Source: an uncultured Solirubrobacterales bacterium (lineage in GTDB: Bacteria > Actinomycetota > Thermoleophilia > Solirubrobacterales > JBBDJG01). From it: 64,000 nt of DNA. Under the pieces are notes generated by a model. That model saw only the letters and a program-made list of their open reading frames with translations. It was not told the origin of the DNA and searched no databases. Position 1 is the first letter of the stretch. The number at the start of each line of letters is the position of its first letter. Location: contig CAWFMD010000006.1 of assembly GCA_963816975.1 (NCBI GenBank), positions 1,374,465-1,438,464 on the forward strand, read 5' to 3'. The position numbers and the translations under genes were made by a program. This document shows positions 52,994-62,496 of this stretch, in pieces.

Positions 52994-53054
52994 TCCGCCT
53001 CCCACGAACCCGTCGCGCGCCCGCTCGGAGAAGGCGTGGAACCCGGGAGGATAG

Positions 53055-56000
53055 ATGAGCGCTCATTCTTCGAAGCTGTCCGAGCAGGACGCGGCCGTGC
53101 CGGTGCAGCAGCGGCGCGGACACTACTCGTCGACCCAGGCCTACCGGCCGCTGCGGCGTCCCGAAACGGTCGAGGACAAGGACGCCTGCGCCCTGTACGC
53201 GGCGGTCCGCAAGGACGGGCGCGCCACCCACGACGTGATCGAGAAGGGCTTCGTCGCCCTCCAGAAGATGCTGCACCGGGCGGGCAACGTGGACGGTGAA
53301 GGCGATGGCTGCGGGGCGATGATCGACATCCCCCGTGCGATCTGGCAGGAGGAGGTCCGCGCCGGCGGGCACGCGCCCCGCCTGGCGCTCGACCCGGCAT
53401 TCGCGGTGGCGCATGTCTTCGTGGCGCGCGCCGCGGACTACGAGCAGGTCAAGCAGCGTGCCCGGCAGATCCTGCACCGCAACGGCCTGCGGGTGCTGGC
53501 GGAGCGCGAGGACCGGGTCACGAGCGCCGCGCTCGGGCCGACCGCGCGCGAGGAGGAACCGCACTTCTGGCAGATCGGCGTGCTCGTCCCCGACGCCGAC
53601 GGCCGCGATCGCGTCTTGTTCGACGTCGCGATCGAGATCGAGAGCACGCTCGATGCGCATGTCGCCTCCCTTTCGGCGGAGAGCGCCGTGTACAAGGTGA
53701 TGGGCGCGCCGCTGGTGTTGCAGGGCTACTTCGAGGACCTCGGTGACCCGCGCTGCGAGACCGTCTCGCTGCTCGGCCACAACCGCTACTCGACCAACAC
53801 GTGGCCGTCGTTCATGCGCGTGCAGCCCTTCTCCGTGCTCGGCCACAACGGCGAGATCAACACGGTCGCACGGCTACGGGCGGAGTCCCGCATGCTGGGC
53901 GTGCCGATTCGCGACGACTCCTCCGACTCCCAGGACCTGAACCGCCTGATCGAGACCCTGATCCACCGGCGCGGGCTCTCGCTGCCTGAGGCGATGGAGC
54001 TGGCGGTGCCGCCGATCGTGCACGAGATCCGCCAGTTTCCCGAGGGGCTGCGCGGGTTCTATATGTACCTGAGGCAGGCGATGGGCCCGTTCGCGCAGGG
54101 TCCGATCGCGCTGATCGCGCGCAACGGCGACGAGTACGTGTTCTCGGTCGACGCGCTCGGGCTGCGCCCGCTGTGGGAGATCCACGCGGAGGACTCGTAC
54201 GTGTTCAGCTCGGAGCCGGGCGTCGTGGCGCTCGCCGACATGACGGGTGAGCCGAAGCCGCTGTCGCCGGGGGAGAAGGTGATGGTGCGTGTCAAGCGCG
54301 ACAAGGCCGCGCGGCTGTTCGACCACCAGGAGCTGCAGCAGCTCGTGCACAAACGCTGGCTCGAGCGCACGGGCGGCGAGGCCGTCGCGGGGTTCGAGCA
54401 GGCGATCCCCACCGGCGGACCGCTGGAGGGGCCGGAGATTCCCGGCTACGACTCCGCGGGGCCGTCCGAGCCGGTGAAGGTGGAGGACAGGATCCTGGCC
54501 GGGATGGGATGGCAGCGCGACGACACCAAGCTGGTCCAGCAGATGGCCTCCAGCGGGGCCGAGCCGATCGGCTCGCTGGGCTACGACGGTCCGCTCGCCT
54601 CCCTGTCGGACGAGCGCCAGAACCTCGCCGACTACTTCAAAGAGACGGTCGCGGTCGTCACGAACCCCGCGATCGACCGCGAGCGCGAGATCGAGCACTT
54701 CTCCTGCCGCGCGGTGTTCGGCGCGCGGCCGTCGATCGACCGCCCGCAGGACGACCCGCGCACGATCGAGACGGCGTTCCCCGTCCTGCTGGGCGGCCAC
54801 CACGACATGGCGCCACTGTCGGACAAGACCTACCGGCGCGTCGCCCGGGGCCACAAGACCTATCTGCTCGAGGACCTGTGGGAGGGCTTCCGCGGGCGCG
54901 CGGGGGTGATCGACATCTCGTGCCTCGAGGCCGAGACGGTCGAGGGTGCGCTCGAGCGACTCAAGTTCGAAGCGGCGAAGAAGGTGCTCGACGGCTGCGA
55001 GCTGCTCGTGCTCTCCGACCGCACGGCGTTCGACGGGCAGCGCCCGTGGATCGACCCGCACCTGGCGCTGGCCGCGGTCGATCGCGCGCTGCGCGAGTAC
55101 CGCGTGGAGCCGGGCGAGGAGAACCTGCGCCGGCGGACGTCGATCGTGCTGCGCTCCGGCGCGATTCGCAACGTGCACGACGTCTGCATGGCGCTCGGCC
55201 TGGGCGCCGACGGTGTGTGCCCCTACGTGATGATCGAGGTCATCTGCGTCGACGATTACCGCAGCGACATCTCCAACATGTGCTCAGCCCTGCGCAAAGG
55301 GATGGAGAAGGTGATCTCGACGCTCGGGATCCACGAGCTGCGCGGCTACGCGCGGCTGTTCTCGGCGATCGGCCTGCGGCCGGAGCTGGTCGAGATCTTC
55401 GGTACGCCCGGCTACTACGGCTCCGCCGGTGCGGGCACCGGGTTGGCGGAGCTGAACGCCGAGTCGGCCGTGCGCCAGCGCATCCTCGCCGGGCAGGAGG
55501 ACGGCAAGCCCGCCAAGACGTTCCGCTTCTACCCGAAGGTCTACAAGTCGGCGATCGCGGCTGCGAACGGCAGCGCGACCTTCGAGGAGTACTCCGCCAA
55601 GGTTCGCGAGTTGGAGCGCGAGCATCCGATCTCGATGCGGCATGTGCTCGACCTGAAGTCCGACCGGGCTCCGATCGAGCCCGACCGGGTCGACCCCGGC
55701 GTGGGCCGGCACTCGTACCCGATCGTGATCTCCTCGATGTCGTTCGGATCACAGGGCGAGACGGCCTTCCGCGCGTATCCGGAGGCGGCCAAGCGCGTCA
55801 ACATCGTGTGCGTGAACGGCGAGGGCGGTGAGATCCGCGACATGTACGGCAAGTACCCGCTGTGGCGCGGCCAGCAGGTCGCCTCGGGCCGGTTCGGCGT
55901 GACCTCCGAGATGCTCAACTCCTCCTACCTCGTCGAGATCAAGATCGGGCAGGGGGCGAAGCCGGGGGAGGGAGGCCACCTCCCGGCGAAGAAGGTCTCC

Positions 56001-57818
56001 GAGAAGGTCGCCGCTGCGCGTAATGCGGCACCCGGCACCGACCTGATCTCCCCGTCGAACAACCACGATCTCTACTCGATCGAGGATCTCGCAGAGCTGA
56101 TCGACGAGCTGAAGACCGCAAACCCCGATGTGCGTGTCTCGGTGAAGGTCCCGGTGGTGCCGAACATCGGCACGATCGGGGTCGGCATCGCGAAGGCGGG
56201 GGCCGACATCATCACCCTGTCGGGCTTCGAGGGAGGCACGGGCGCCGCGCGCCAACATGCGCTGCGCCACGTCGGGCTGCCCTCGGACATCGGCACCCGC
56301 GCGGTGCACCTCGCGCTGCTCGAGACGGGCATCCGCAACCGGGTCGAGATCTGGGCCGACGGCGGCTACCGGCACGGCTGGGACATCGTGAAGCTGCACT
56401 GCCTGGGCGCGAATCGCGTCGCCTTCGGGACGCTCGCGATGGTCTCCCTGGGCTGCACGATCTGCCGCGGCTGTCAGCTCGACACGTGCCACGTGGGCAT
56501 CGCGACGCAGATCGAGAACATGGCGGAGGCCGAGGAGAAGGGCCTCAAGAAGTTCACGCCGCAGGAGTTCGAGCTGGCCGCCCAGAACAGCGCCCGCTTC
56601 TTCGCAGGGATGGGCGAGGAAGTGCGCCAGATCGTCGCCGGGCTCGGCTACGAGCGCGCCCAGGACCTGGTGGGGCGCAGCGATCTGCTCGTGCAGTCGC
56701 GCGCCAAGGAGGCGATCGACCTGACCGAGATGATCCGCCCGCTCGAGGAGATGCTCGACCTCGAGCCCATCGACATGCCGGCTTCCGCCGAGGAGCAGCG
56801 CGAGGCGGCCGGGCTGATCGTTGCGCAGCCGATCCGCATGGCGGTCAAGCAGGCTTCACGCGAGATCGCCGCGCTGGCCACAGAGGTTTGCGGCGGCCCC
56901 GTCAGCATCGGTGGCGGTCACGGACCCACTGCGAGCGCGGCCGAGGGCACGGTGTCGGTCACTCACAGCGGTCGCATCGCCCACGAGTACGAGCGGGCCG
57001 TGGATGCCAATGACCGCGTCCTCGGTACGGCGCTTGCGGGCGCGCTGTCGCGGGCGCGCATCTACCGTCCCGACGACTCACCCCCCTCGACGATGGACTC
57101 GGTCGCGGACCTGCACTTCAACGGCGGGTCGATCGGCGGCTCCGGGCTTGGCGCGTTCAACGTGTGGGGCATCGACATCCGCGTCGAAGGCGGGGCTCAG
57201 GATGGCGTCGGAAAGACGATGTTCGGCGGCACGATCGCGGTCATGAAGGGGCGTAACCGGCTGGGCGAGCGCGTCAACGGATCGGTCGGCAAGTCGTTCG
57301 CATATGGCGCTCAGCGTGGGCGGTTCTTCGTGCAGGGCTCCGCGGACTCGCGGTTCTGCATCCGTCTCTCGGGTGCGGACGTCGTGATCGCGGGCGAGCC
57401 CGACGGGCCGATCCGCGACGACGTCGGCGGAATCGCCGACCGCGCCAACATCAAGGGCTTCGCGTTCGAGTACATGACGTCGGGCCGCGCGGTGGTGCTC
57501 GGCGACATCGGTCCGTGGGCCTGCGCGGGCCAGACCGGCGGGCGCGTCTACATGCGCGTGAACGACGAGTGGGGGCTCGACCGCGAGGCGCTCGAGCGGC
57601 GGCTCGGCAAGGGCGCGCTGGTCAGCCTCCAGACGCTCGACCCGGAGGGCATGGCGGACGTGAAGGAGTTGCTCGGGCACTACGCGCATGAGCTGGAGCG
57701 CTCCGAGCAGCACGAGGAAGCGCAGCGTGTGCGCGCGCTCGCGGCGAACGCGCAGGCGCACTTCCTGATGTCGGTGCCGGAGCGCGAGCAGACGGACCCG
57801 AGCGTTTCGACCGAATGA
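53055..57818 (+). CDS. gltB: Glutamate synthase large subunit (all four GltB domains, 1587 aa)
   Basis: Class II amidotransferase region (LGHNRYSTNTWPSFMRVQPF, LGHNGEINT), central domain, FMN/Fe-S domain (GEGGE, KIGQGAKPGEGGHLP, SGFEGGTGAA, cysteine cluster CTICRGCQLDTC), C-terminal GXGXG beta-helix domain. GGGAGG lies before ATG 53055. Confidence 0.95.
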   Translation: MSAHSSKLSEQDAAVPVQQRRGHYSSTQAYRPLRRPETVEDKDACALYAAVRKDGRATHDVIEKGFVALQKMLHRAGNVDGEGDGCGAMIDIPRAIWQEEVRAGGHAPRLALDPAFAVAHVFVARAADYEQVKQRARQILHRNGLRVLAEREDRVTSAALGPTAREEEPHFWQIGVLVPDADGRDRVLFDVAIEIESTLDAHVASLSAESAVYKVMGAPLVLQGYFEDLGDPRCETVSLLGHNRYSTNTWPSFMRVQPFSVLGHNGEINTVARLRAESRMLGVPIRDDSSDSQDLNRLIETLIHRRGLSLPEAMELAVPPIVHEIRQFPEGLRGFYMYLRQAMGPFAQGPIALIARNGDEYVFSVDALGLRPLWEIHAEDSYVFSSEPGVVALADMTGEPKPLSPGEKVMVRVKRDKAARLFDHQELQQLVHKRWLERTGGEAVAGFEQAIPTGGPLEGPEIPGYDSAGPSEPVKVEDRILAGMGWQRDDTKLVQQMASSGAEPIGSLGYDGPLASLSDERQNLADYFKETVAVVTNPAIDREREIEHFSCRAVFGARPSIDRPQDDPRTIETAFPVLLGGHHDMAPLSDKTYRRVARGHKTYLLEDLWEGFRGRAGVIDISCLEAETVEGALERLKFEAAKKVLDGCELLVLSDRTAFDGQRPWIDPHLALAAVDRALREYRVEPGEENLRRRTSIVLRSGAIRNVHDVCMALGLGADGVCPYVMIEVICVDDYRSDISNMCSALRKGMEKVISTLGIHELRGYARLFSAIGLRPELVEIFGTPGYYGSAGAGTGLAELNAESAVRQRILAGQEDGKPAKTFRFYPKVYKSAIAAANGSATFEEYSAKVRELEREHPISMRHVLDLKSDRAPIEPDRVDPGVGRHSYPIVISSMSFGSQGETAFRAYPEAAKRVNIVCVNGEGGEIRDMYGKYPLWRGQQVASGRFGVTSEMLNSSYLVEIKIGQGAKPGEGGHLPAKKVSEKVAAARNAAPGTDLISPSNNHDLYSIEDLAELIDELKTANPDVRVSVKVPVVPNIGTIGVGIAKAGADIITLSGFEGGTGAARQHALRHVGLPSDIGTRAVHLALLETGIRNRVEIWADGGYRHGWDIVKLHCLGANRVAFGTLAMVSLGCTICRGCQLDTCHVGIATQIENMAEAEEKGLKKFTPQEFELAAQNSARFFAGMGEEVRQIVAGLGYERAQDLVGRSDLLVQSRAKEAIDLTEMIRPLEEMLDLEPIDMPASAEEQREAAGLIVAQPIRMAVKQASREIAALATEVCGGPVSIGGGHGPTASAAEGTVSVTHSGRIAHEYERAVDANDRVLGTALAGALSRARIYRPDDSPPSTMDSVADLHFNGGSIGGSGLGAFNVWGIDIRVEGGAQDGVGKTMFGGTIAVMKGRNRLGERVNGSVGKSFAYGAQRGRFFVQGSADSRFCIRLSGADVVIAGEPDGPIRDDVGGIADRANIKGFAFEYMTSGRAVVLGDIGPWACAGQTGGRVYMRVNDEWGLDREALERRLGKGALVSLQTLDPEGMADVKELLGHYAHELERSEQHEEAQRVRALAANAQAHFLMSVPEREQTDPSVSTE

Positions 57819-57847
57819 TTCGCAGAATCACTCGGTCGGACAGCTAG

Positions 57848-57873
57848 CCGTCAGTCTGCGCGCAGACTGACGG
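57848..57873 (+). terminator. Perfect 26-nt palindrome CCGTCAGTCTGCG/CGCAGACTGACGG followed by GTTTGG
   Basis: Starts 30 nt after the gltB stop, between convergent genes. Confidence 0.55.
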
Positions 57874-57907
57874 GTTTGGTCGGGACGCGGTCGCTTCAGG
57901 GGCGGCG

Positions 57908-58471
57908 TTACGCTGCCGCGGGCGTGGCGGGCGTGCCGGTGGACACCGCGCTGTGCGTGGTGTCCACGAAGTGCAGGCGGTAGCGGCCGACGACCAGCTC
58001 GTCGCCGTCGCGCAGGTCGTGCCACTCGACGCGCTCACCGTTCAGGAAGAGGCCGTTCAGCGAGCGATCGTCGAGCACGCGCACGCGGCCGGATTGCCGG
58101 CACACGAGCGCGTGCCGGCGCGATACCGTGGAGTCGTCGAGCCGGATGTCCGCCGCGAGGCTGCGGCCGATCCGGGTCCACTCCCGTACGATCGGGATCA
58201 CCGAGACGCGCTCCTCGTCACGGAACGCCAGGTACTGGCCGGGGCCGCCGACCCCGTCCCGCACCGCGTCGAGCCACCGCACGTCGTCGTCGTGCAGGTC
58301 GCTCGTGTCGGGTTCGGCCACGTCGAACATCGACGTGCGTGCGAAATTGGCCTTGCCGCAATGCGGGCACTCGGGGATGTGGTCGAGGATCTGGAGCGCG
58401 ACGTGGAAGCCGCACTCCTGACAGCGGAACGATCCTGCTCCTGCGAGCGTTCCGGTCGTGTAGCTGTCCAT
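57908..58471 (-). CDS. Zinc-ribbon + FHA domain protein
   Basis: N-terminal CxxC..CxxC (FRCQECG..ECPHCG). C-terminal FHA (IGRSLAADIRLDDSTVSRRHA..LDDRSLNGLFLNG). GAGGAGG lies before ATG 58471. Confidence 0.85.
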   Translation of the reverse strand: MDSYTTGTLAGAGSFRCQECGFHVALQILDHIPECPHCGKANFARTSMFDVAEPDTSDLHDDDVRWLDAVRDGVGGPGQYLAFRDEERVSVIPIVREWTRIGRSLAADIRLDDSTVSRRHALVCRQSGRVRVLDDRSLNGLFLNGERVEWHDLRDGDELVVGRYRLHFVDTTHSAVSTGTPATPAAA

Positions 58472-58624
58472 CGGCCCTCCTCGGGTTGTCTGCCAGCATG
58501 CGTCCGTGCCGGCCCTTCGAGCGCGGGCCCAATGCAGCTCCCTCAAGAACTTGTGGCCATTCTAACTGCCGGCTCGCCAAGGCCTGACGGGTCCGCGACG
58601 CGCGCGTCCGGCAAATGACGCAAA

Positions 58625-59128
58625 ATGCGCGTCCGCATGCGCGCTTTTGAAGTCTCACGCACCGTCGATGCCCCGCGCGAGCGCATCTTCGACTACCTGT
58701 CGAACTTCGCCAACCACGTGGAGTTCTCCGATCACTACCTGGATGACTTCCGGATCGGGCGGCTGGACTCGACGGGAGTCGGCGCATCGGCGAGCTTCCG
58801 CATGAGCTTCCCACTCGGCCGCCGCTGGGGAGACGCGGCGATCACAGAGCTGGACCGGCCACACAGGATCGTGCTCGAGGGGCGCAGCGGCCGCATCGGC
58901 CGGATCCCGACGCGCGCCGAGTACCGGCTGATCCCGGCGGACCACCACATGACGCGGGTCGAATACGAGTTCGAGACGCGGCCCCGGAATCCGGTGGACC
59001 GCTTGAAGGAGGCGCTCGGGATGCGAGGCTGGCTGCGGCGCAAGGCACGCCGCGGGTTGGGCCGCATGGCGCGCGCCATCGAGGATGGAACCGCTTCCAC
59101 CCACGCGGTCAGACCGGCGGCTGGATAG
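58625..59128 (+). CDS. SRPBCC (START/polyketide cyclase-like) superfamily protein
   Basis: FEVSRTVDAPRERIFDYLSNFANHVEFSD is a typical SRPBCC N-terminal pattern. Size about 165 aa. Confidence 0.7.
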   Translation: MRVRMRAFEVSRTVDAPRERIFDYLSNFANHVEFSDHYLDDFRIGRLDSTGVGASASFRMSFPLGRRWGDAAITELDRPHRIVLEGRSGRIGRIPTRAEYRLIPADHHMTRVEYEFETRPRNPVDRLKEALGMRGWLRRKARRGLGRMARAIEDGTASTHAVRPAAG

Positions 59129-59141
59129 ACTTCCGCGCTCG

Positions 59142-59705
59142 ATGGACCGGGTGCGCACGCTTCCGTGGCTCCCCGCCGCACTGGTCGCGGCGGCGCTCAT
59201 GACCACTCTCGCGCTTGCCGCCTGTGGCGCGGAGGAGAACAAGCTCGAAGGCGCCGAGGGGGAGTTCATCGCCGTCGGCGATGCGGACTACCAGGTCCAG
59301 CTCACCAGGCTGCTCAATCCGGAGGAGCGCCCGGACGACGCTTTCCTGCGGGGCCAGGCAGAGCTGCCCGCGGATGAGGCCTACCTCGGCGTGTTCGTGC
59401 GCATCGAGAACGACGGCGACGCGCCGCACCAGTCGCCCCGTGACATGAAGGTCATCGACACGCAGGACAACGAGTACCTGCCGCTCGACACGACGCAGAG
59501 CGGTTTTGGGCTGGACTTCGGAAGCCCGATCCCGCCCGATGACGTGGCGCCGCCCCCGAACTCGCCCGCGTCGTTCAGCCCGACGTCGGGCGCCCTGATC
59601 CTGTTCAGGGTGAAGCTGGATTCTGCGACCGACAACCTGCCGCTGGTGCTCGAGATCCCGGTCGAGGGCCAGGATGAGCCCTCGCGGATCACGCTGGACG
59701 TCTGA
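59142..59705 (+). CDS. Lipoprotein of unknown function (beta-sandwich-like)
   Basis: ATG 59142, lipobox LALAAC, beta-rich body (YLGVFVRIENDGDAP, LILFRVKLD). Confidence 0.65.
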   Translation: MDRVRTLPWLPAALVAAALMTTLALAACGAEENKLEGAEGEFIAVGDADYQVQLTRLLNPEERPDDAFLRGQAELPADEAYLGVFVRIENDGDAPHQSPRDMKVIDTQDNEYLPLDTTQSGFGLDFGSPIPPDDVAPPPNSPASFSPTSGALILFRVKLDSATDNLPLVLEIPVEGQDEPSRITLDV

Positions 59706-59712
59706 CGCCGGC

Positions 59713-60069
59713 CTATTCCTCCAGGTCGCTCGCCAGGGGGTACCCGAGCGACGCACCGATGAGTATGCAGAGCGCCCCGATCACGGCCAGCCAGCCTCCC
59801 AGAGTCTCACTGCCCTCAGCGATCAGCCGCGAAAAAATGACCACCGCCGCGCCGGTTGCGACCGCCCAGTACCAGCTCCGGCCGAGGCCACCGCGTGCGG
59901 CGATCACTGCGCCGACGGCGGCCAGCACGAGGCCGGCGATCGCGGTCCCGAAGGGGTCGAACACGACCAGCAGCGCGCCCAAGGACGCGATCAGGATGCC
60001 GGCCCGCGTGACTCGCACCGTGCCGGGGTCACGCCGGATCGGCCGCGTGAGTGCGCCGGAACCCTCCAT
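59713..60069 (-). CDS. Small integral membrane protein
   Basis: Three or four hydrophobic segments (AGILIASLGALLVVF, IAGLVLAAVGAVIAA, WAVATGAAVVIF, WLAVIGALCILIGA). ATG 60069 chosen. Confidence 0.5.
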   Translation of the reverse strand: MEGSGALTRPIRRDPGTVRVTRAGILIASLGALLVVFDPFGTAIAGLVLAAVGAVIAARGGLGRSWYWAVATGAAVVIFSRLIAEGSETLGGWLAVIGALCILIGASLGYPLASDLEE

Positions 60070-60122
60070 GCCGTGCACTCTATAACGCGCCACGCGCACG
60101 ACGCGCAAAAAAGGGGAGCCGC

Positions 60123-61268
60123 ATGACCGCGGTCGACTGGATCATCATCGGGTTCGTCGCGCTGATGGCGCTCTGGGGCTACGGCCAGGGCCTTGTGATC
60201 AGCGCCCTGTCCCTGGCGGGATTCGCGTGTGGCGCATTTGCCGGCAGCCGGCTTGCTCCGCTGCTGCTCGAGCAGGGATCCCAGTCTCCCTATGCGCCGC
60301 TCTTCAGCCTGGTGACCGCGCTGCTGGTCGGGGGCGTCGTGGCGATCCTGTTCGAGGCTGTGGGCGTGGGGATCCGGCGCCGTCTGTCGTTCCGGCTTGC
60401 CGAGGTGGTGGACGGCGTCGGCGGCGCCGCCCTGGTCGCCACGCTGGCGCTCGGGCTCGTGTGGATCATCGGCGCGGTCGCGCTCCAGACGCCCGGTGCG
60501 CGGCAGTACCGGCAGGACATCCAGCGGTCGGCGATCCTGCGCAAGCTGAACGAGGCGCTGCCGCCGTCGGGCCCGATCCTGAACGCGCTCGCCCGGGTCG
60601 ACCCGTTCCCGCAGATCACCGGCCCCGAGGCGGATGTCCCGCCGCCCAACCGGCGCATCCTGCGCGACGGCCAGGTGCGCGCGGCGGCCGACAGCGTGGT
60701 GCGCGTCCTCGGTGTCGCCTGCGGCCTCGCCGTGCAGGGCTCGGGATGGGTGGCGGCGCCGCAGGTGGTGGTCACCAACGCCCATGTCGTCGCCGGCGAG
60801 GACGACACGACCGTGAAACTCGACGGGGGGGACGAGCTCGATGCCCAGGCGGTCGTCTTCGATCCCGACAACGACGTCGCCGTCCTGCGCGTGCCGGGAC
60901 TCGACGCCCCAGTGCTCGACCTGCGTCTGCAGGGAGACATCGGCGAGCAGGTGGCGATCCTCGGGTATCCGAAGAACGGGCCCTATCGGGCAGAGCCCGG
61001 GCGGCTCGGTGAGACGCGCACCGTGATCAGCCGGGACGCCTACGGCAACGGCCCGGTCAGGCGGCGCATCACGTCGCTGCGCGGGCGGGTCCGGTCGGGC
61101 AACTCGGGCGGACCGGTCGTGGACGCGACCGGAGGAGTCGTCGCGACCCTGTTCGCGGCCACGACAGCGGGCACCCAGGGTGGGTTCGGCATCCCGCCGG
61201 GAATCGTGAGATCCGCGCTGCGCAAGGTCTCCCGGGGGGCTGTGGACACCGGTCCCTGCGTGCGTTAG
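60123..61268 (+). CDS. MarP-like membrane serine protease (CvpA-type TM domain + trypsin-like S1 domain)
   Basis: N-terminal four-helix CvpA-like region (VDWIIIGFVALMALWGY). S1 protease triad context: TNAHVV (His), DVAVL (Asp), GNSGGP (Ser). GGGGAG lies before ATG 60123. Confidence 0.85.
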   Translation: MTAVDWIIIGFVALMALWGYGQGLVISALSLAGFACGAFAGSRLAPLLLEQGSQSPYAPLFSLVTALLVGGVVAILFEAVGVGIRRRLSFRLAEVVDGVGGAALVATLALGLVWIIGAVALQTPGARQYRQDIQRSAILRKLNEALPPSGPILNALARVDPFPQITGPEADVPPPNRRILRDGQVRAAADSVVRVLGVACGLAVQGSGWVAAPQVVVTNAHVVAGEDDTTVKLDGGDELDAQAVVFDPDNDVAVLRVPGLDAPVLDLRLQGDIGEQVAILGYPKNGPYRAEPGRLGETRTVISRDAYGNGPVRRRITSLRGRVRSGNSGGPVVDATGGVVATLFAATTAGTQGGFGIPPGIVRSALRKVSRGAVDTGPCVR

Positions 61269-61347
61269 GGCGGCATCCACCCGCTATCTGGAGCCGGGTC
61301 GCGCGCGCGGGCCCCGTTCCGTCGGGCGTCCTTCCTATGTTTGCGGC

Positions 61348-61803
61348 ATGTCGCTTTGTTTCATGGAGCCCGCCGAGGCGATTCGGGTGATCGCGGAGTC
61401 CATCGGCCGCGAGGCGCGGCGCGCCCTGCTGGCCGCGGTGATCGAGTCGTGGGTCGACGACATCCCCGAGCACGAGCTCGCCCAGCACTACGCGAAGGCG
61501 GTCAGCGATCTCGACCACGAGGATCTTTCGATGCTTGCGGCCTGGCACGCGACGCTCGAGGTTGGCACTCCCGTGCCGAGCCCCGAGTTCCTCGTCGGTG
61601 TCTTCGACGGCCTCGGCGAGCACCGGCGCGACGTGCTGAAGCTGGCCGCGCGCTTCCGCGGGGACGAGGCGTTCCTGGCCGGCGTCGGGGAGGAGGAGGC
61701 GCTTGACATCGTGTTGCCGTGGCTCTCGCACGAGCGGCTCGAGCACCTCTGCGCCAAGGCTCTGCAGATCTACGTCGACGACCGCATCGGCGGCCAGAAC
61801 TAG
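61348..61803 (+). CDS. Acidic cytoplasmic hypothetical protein
   Basis: 151 aa, helical, coding-like composition. No family recognised. The start could be 61363. Confidence 0.5.
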   Translation: MSLCFMEPAEAIRVIAESIGREARRALLAAVIESWVDDIPEHELAQHYAKAVSDLDHEDLSMLAAWHATLEVGTPVPSPEFLVGVFDGLGEHRRDVLKLAARFRGDEAFLAGVGEEEALDIVLPWLSHERLEHLCAKALQIYVDDRIGGQN

Positions 61804-61805
61804 AT

Positions 61806-61831
61806 CGAGTTTCGCTTAGCCGCGAAACTCG
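61806..61831. terminator. Hairpin CGAGTTTCGC-TTAGCC-GCGAAACTCG between convergent genes
   Basis: 10-bp perfect stem starting 3 nt after the stop at 61803 and ending 12 nt before the convergent stop at 61843. Confidence 0.5.
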
Positions 61832-61842
61832 GGAGTTCTGAG

Positions 61843-62496
61843 CTACCCGCCGAGCGCCGCCCTGATCTCGGGGATGGCCTGCTCGTTGGAAACGAACCGG
61901 ACCGCGGCCAGGCCGAGCTCGCGTGCCGCCTCGACGTTCAGCTCGTTGTCGTCGATGAACAGGCACTGCGAGGGCTGCAGCGCTTGATCCAGCCGTTCGA
62001 TCGTGAGCCTGTAGATCTCCGGCTGCGGCTTGCGCATCCCCACCCACGCGGAGTCGACCACCAGCTCGAAGATCTCGTCCACCGGGAGCTTCGCGCGCCA
62101 CAGCTCCTCCCACTCGCGCACGTTGTTGGTGAGAATCGCCATCCGGTAGCCGCGTTCGCTCAGCTCCCGCATCAGTTCCAGCATCGGCTCGTTGGCCTGG
62201 AGAGCCTCGAACCAGATCTCCCGGAACCGGTGCAGCGTCGGGCGATGGCCCAGCTCGAGCTCCAGTCCCCAGGCCAGGTCCTCGAGGAACTGGCGCTCGG
62301 TGAGCTCGCCGCGCTCGAGCCGGAACAGCGGGTACTCGCCGTCGCGCTCGGCGACGCGCTGCATGCCCCGGCCGAGCTGCTCCATCGATATTCCCGTCTC
62401 GTCCTGGAACGCCGCGAAGGCCTCCACGAGCTTGCTGGTCAGCACTCCGCCGAAGTCGCTGATCACGGCACGGATCCCGTCGGATCCCGGGCCCAT
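61843..62496 (-). CDS. HAD-superfamily hydrolase (subfamily IA-like)
   Basis: Motif I VISDFGGVL, motif II ILTNN, motif IV FIDDNELNVEAA. ATG 62496 forms an ATGA overlap with the upstream stop. Confidence 0.85.
   Translation of the reverse strand: MGPGSDGIRAVISDFGGVLTSKLVEAFAAFQDETGISMEQLGRGMQRVAERDGEYPLFRLERGELTERQFLEDLAWGLELELGHRPTLHRFREIWFEALQANEPMLELMRELSERGYRMAILTNNVREWEELWRAKLPVDEIFELVVDSAWVGMRKPQPEIYRLTIERLDQALQPSQCLFIDDNELNVEAARELGLAAVRFVSNEQAIPEIRAALGG

Noticed and set aside
52847-53005. Longer ParA start (track ORF to 53005), and long upstream extensions of the VOC (to 3105), radA (from 4919), disA (from 6301), thrB (from 50037) and lysA (from 46495) ORFs.
   Set aside because: The extensions are low-complexity, overlap neighbouring genes or promoters, and lie upstream of the conserved family N-termini. 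Internal starts with overlaps or SD sequences fit better.
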